DNA of 19,027 nucleotides from Thermoplasmatota archaeon (GTDB lineage Archaea > Thermoplasmatota > Penumbrarchaeia > Penumbrarchaeales > Penumbrarchaeaceae). The position numbers and the translations under genes were made by a program. The stretch is taken from assembly GCA_965234725.1 (NCBI GenBank), contig CBDDUX010000019.1, forward strand, positions 1-19,027. Direction: 5' to 3'. The notes beneath the pieces were generated by a model, which searched no databases, had not been told where the DNA came from, and saw only the letters and a program-made list of their open reading frames with translations. This document shows, piece by piece, positions 16,886 to 19,027 of this stretch; within the stretch, counting starts at the first letter, position 1, and every line of letters begins with the position of its first letter.

Positions 16886-17377
16886 ATGGATCTGGGATCC
16901 TACAGTAAAAAGGAAATGATGATGGCTGCTATCAAGAGCGAGATTGAAAGCAGGGATGTTTACCTCCAGCTGGCAGGTAAGGTCGAAAATGGATATCTTT
17001 CGGACAAGTTGAGGTTCATTGCGGAAGAGGAGTTAAAACACAGGGATTATCTTGAATCCATTTACAAGATGGAATTCCAGGAAGATGTCCCCGAACTCCC
17101 TGAGAACTCCCCGGTACCTCTCCCTGAGGTCAAGGTGGATAGACCATATGTCCAGGCCTCTGATATTATGGCCCAAGCAATGGTAGCAGAGAAGGCCGCT
17201 TCAGAATTCTACATCTCTCTTTCAGAGAGATTCGATGAAGATGATATCAAGAATACATTGCAATATCTTTCAAAGATGGAGATTGGGCATTATAAACTCC
17301 TCGAGATCGAAAAGGAATACCTTGAATCCGAAGAGGACTACGAAGTGGAATGGGAAATGATGCATGTAGGACCATGA
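16886..17377 (+). CDS. Rubrerythrin-family ferritin-like di-iron protein lacking a rubredoxin domain (erythrin)
   Basis: Two E...ExxH halves (AIKSEIES/EELKH; AMVAEKAA/MEIGH); C-terminal MMHVGP. ATG 16886 chosen because GAGGTG (16874-16879) is its SD. Confidence 0.88.
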   Translation: MDLGSYSKKEMMMAAIKSEIESRDVYLQLAGKVENGYLSDKLRFIAEEELKHRDYLESIYKMEFQEDVPELPENSPVPLPEVKVDRPYVQASDIMAQAMVAEKAASEFYISLSERFDEDDIKNTLQYLSKMEIGHYKLLEIEKEYLESEEDYEVEWEMMHVGP

Positions 17378-17415
17378 GATGAATAAATGGGTCTATCTGA
17401 TCGGGATAGTCCTTA

Positions 17416-17955
17416 TCACATCTCCTTGAACTTCCTCTCATCGATCGCTTTCGAGCACTTCTTGCAGAAATCGAAGCTCTTCATGTCCATCTCGGATATG
17501 GACCTGGAATCGTTCATGACACAGCCCGGGCTACGACAGTGAAATAAACTCAAAAGATGTCCCATCTCATGGGTTGCTGTTGTCAGTACCCTTTTCCTGA
17601 AGATATTGTTATCTTCTCCCTCACCATAGTAACTGGGCCATAGTCTCATTATTGACATCATTCCCACTCCCGTAATTAGATTCGAATGACCGAACACGAA
17701 ATTATAGCCCTTCATATAGATATCAAAATCCCCGATACCCAGGATAAAATCCCCACCTTTATGCCTGTAGGAAAGGTTATCCAGGATAGTATCTATGAAA
17801 TACTGGTCCCTGGCCTGATTGTATGCGTACCTAGGTATCTCCATTTCTGATCCTATCCCCACATCCATATCCGTAAGGACGCTTAGAAAATTTTTCATCA
17901 TGGTTAGCAGCTTTTCATCACCACATCCGATAGGTGTAATCGTTACTCTCCTCAT
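17416..17955 (-). CDS. amzA: Archaemetzincin zinc metalloprotease
   Basis: HEMGHLLSLFHC...CVM...FCKKC (HExxHxxxxxH + Cys4 site + Met-turn), YN..R.QY, NFVFG. Confidence 0.9.
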   Translation of the reverse strand: MRRVTITPIGCGDEKLLTMMKNFLSVLTDMDVGIGSEMEIPRYAYNQARDQYFIDTILDNLSYRHKGGDFILGIGDFDIYMKGYNFVFGHSNLITGVGMMSIMRLWPSYYGEGEDNNIFRKRVLTTATHEMGHLLSLFHCRSPGCVMNDSRSISEMDMKSFDFCKKCSKAIDERKFKEM

Positions 17956-18082
17956 AATCCAATCTTGATTATATACATTGTATTTCAGTTTGTTTATGAA
18001 CTTTTAACTATCTCAGAGAAATTGATGGTCCAAACAGGTCCATTTCCTTTATTTATGATGCCTTCAATCAGGTATCGGTGAG

Positions 18083-18661
18083 ATGATGGTAAGCATTAAA
18101 GGCACAAGGACCGAGAAGAATCTTCTGGCTGCTTTCGCGGGGGAATCACAGGCGAGGAACAGGTATACGTATTTTGCAAAAGCAGCAAAGAAAGAGGGTC
18201 TTAATGCAATATCTGAGATATTCCTGGAGACTTCCGAGAACGAAATGGAACATGCAAAACTGTTTTTCAAGCATCTTGAAGGTGGGATGGTTGAGATAAC
18301 CGCTTCCTATCCGGCTGGAATAATTGGAACAACTCTGGAGAACCTCAAAGCCGCAGCATCAGGCGAGAACGAGGAGTGGACCAAGCTATATCCTGCATTT
18401 GCATCCATTGCAGAGGAGGAGGGGTTCCCCGAAGTGGCCAACTCATTCAAGATGGTTGCCAAGGTCGAGGTAGAACATGAGAACCGATACAACACCTTGA
18501 TCGAGAGGCTTGAAGGCCAGGGCTTCTTCAAGAGGGATAAACCTATCAAATGGAAATGTCTGAACTGCGGTTACATCCATGAAGGGAAGGCAGCTCCTGA
18601 GATCTGTCCTGCCTGCAAGCATCCAAAATCATATTTCGCACCCTTGGGAATCAACTATTGA
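18083..18661 (+). CDS. rbr: Rubrerythrin
   Basis: TEKNLLAAFAGESQARNRY, NEMEHAK, GENEE, VEVEHE, C-terminal WKCLNCGYIH...CPACKHP; SD GGTGA (start may be the second ATG, 18086). Confidence 0.96.
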   Translation: MMVSIKGTRTEKNLLAAFAGESQARNRYTYFAKAAKKEGLNAISEIFLETSENEMEHAKLFFKHLEGGMVEITASYPAGIIGTTLENLKAAASGENEEWTKLYPAFASIAEEEGFPEVANSFKMVAKVEVEHENRYNTLIERLEGQGFFKRDKPIKWKCLNCGYIHEGKAAPEICPACKHPKSYFAPLGINY

Positions 18662-18947
18662 ATCTCTCAATTGGAAATCAGTCAGGTCAAATACTTCAAA
18701 AACAGGGCTATGTAAAAACCCAACAGATAGGGAACCTATTGTCCTGAAGGAGAAATGAGAGGTATTTGAAATTTGAGTGATAATAGTAAAAAACATTCGG
18801 GCAGAGATATGGTGGGACATATTTTGGAAGAGATAGAGGTTTCAAGAATATGAATGATTCCCTGCCCGATGATAAATGATCCCTCACATGATTATTTAAG
18901 TACATTGGGGCTATTATCATTTTGAGTGCAATTGAGATGAGGATCTG

Positions 18948-18986
18948 TTATTATAATAAAATATACTTTTATTAGGCACACCCTAA
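18948..18986. promoter_or_regulatory. Cluster of overlapping palindromes, candidate operator region
   Basis: TTATTATAATAA (18948-18959), TAATAAAA-N5-TTTTATTA (18954-18974), TTAGG-N5-CCTAA (18972-18986). Confidence 0.4.
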
Positions 18987-19027
18987 AGAATTAGTGATGA
19001 AAAAGTGATATACATCGTTGGTATTTG

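Noticed and set aside
15524-18661. Selenocysteine or pyrrolysine recoding in the redox genes
   Set aside because: All ORFs are full-length for their families, with no in-frame stop at a catalytic position.

Overview
Archaeal genomic window, most consistent with an anaerobic Thermoplasmatota-like lineage (inference from the A-type ATPase B subunit, archaemetzincin, Ogg2, TATA-box promoters, a box C/D sRNA and secreted Ig/jelly-roll proteins with Zn ribbons). Positions ~1-3241 are an AT-rich mobile-element segment: a small hypothetical ORF, a stripped-down MCM-like AAA+ ATPase with a putative winged-helix N-terminus, and an intact tyrosine integrase, ending at a Xer/dif-like 11-6-11 site located at the composition shift. 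The host part carries a ~100-aa-repeat helical protein with TPR and an extended DnaJ-type Zn finger, two secreted membrane-anchored proteins, a stand-alone atpB, a sirtuin preceded by a box C/D guide RNA (predicted to 2'-O-methylate C34 of intron-containing pre-tRNA-Met), and an oxidative/iron stress neighbourhood (ogg, fRMsr, sfsA, flavin reductase-rubredoxin, ferritin, erythrin, archaemetzincin, rubrerythrin). All calls are by eye from motifs; no searches were run.
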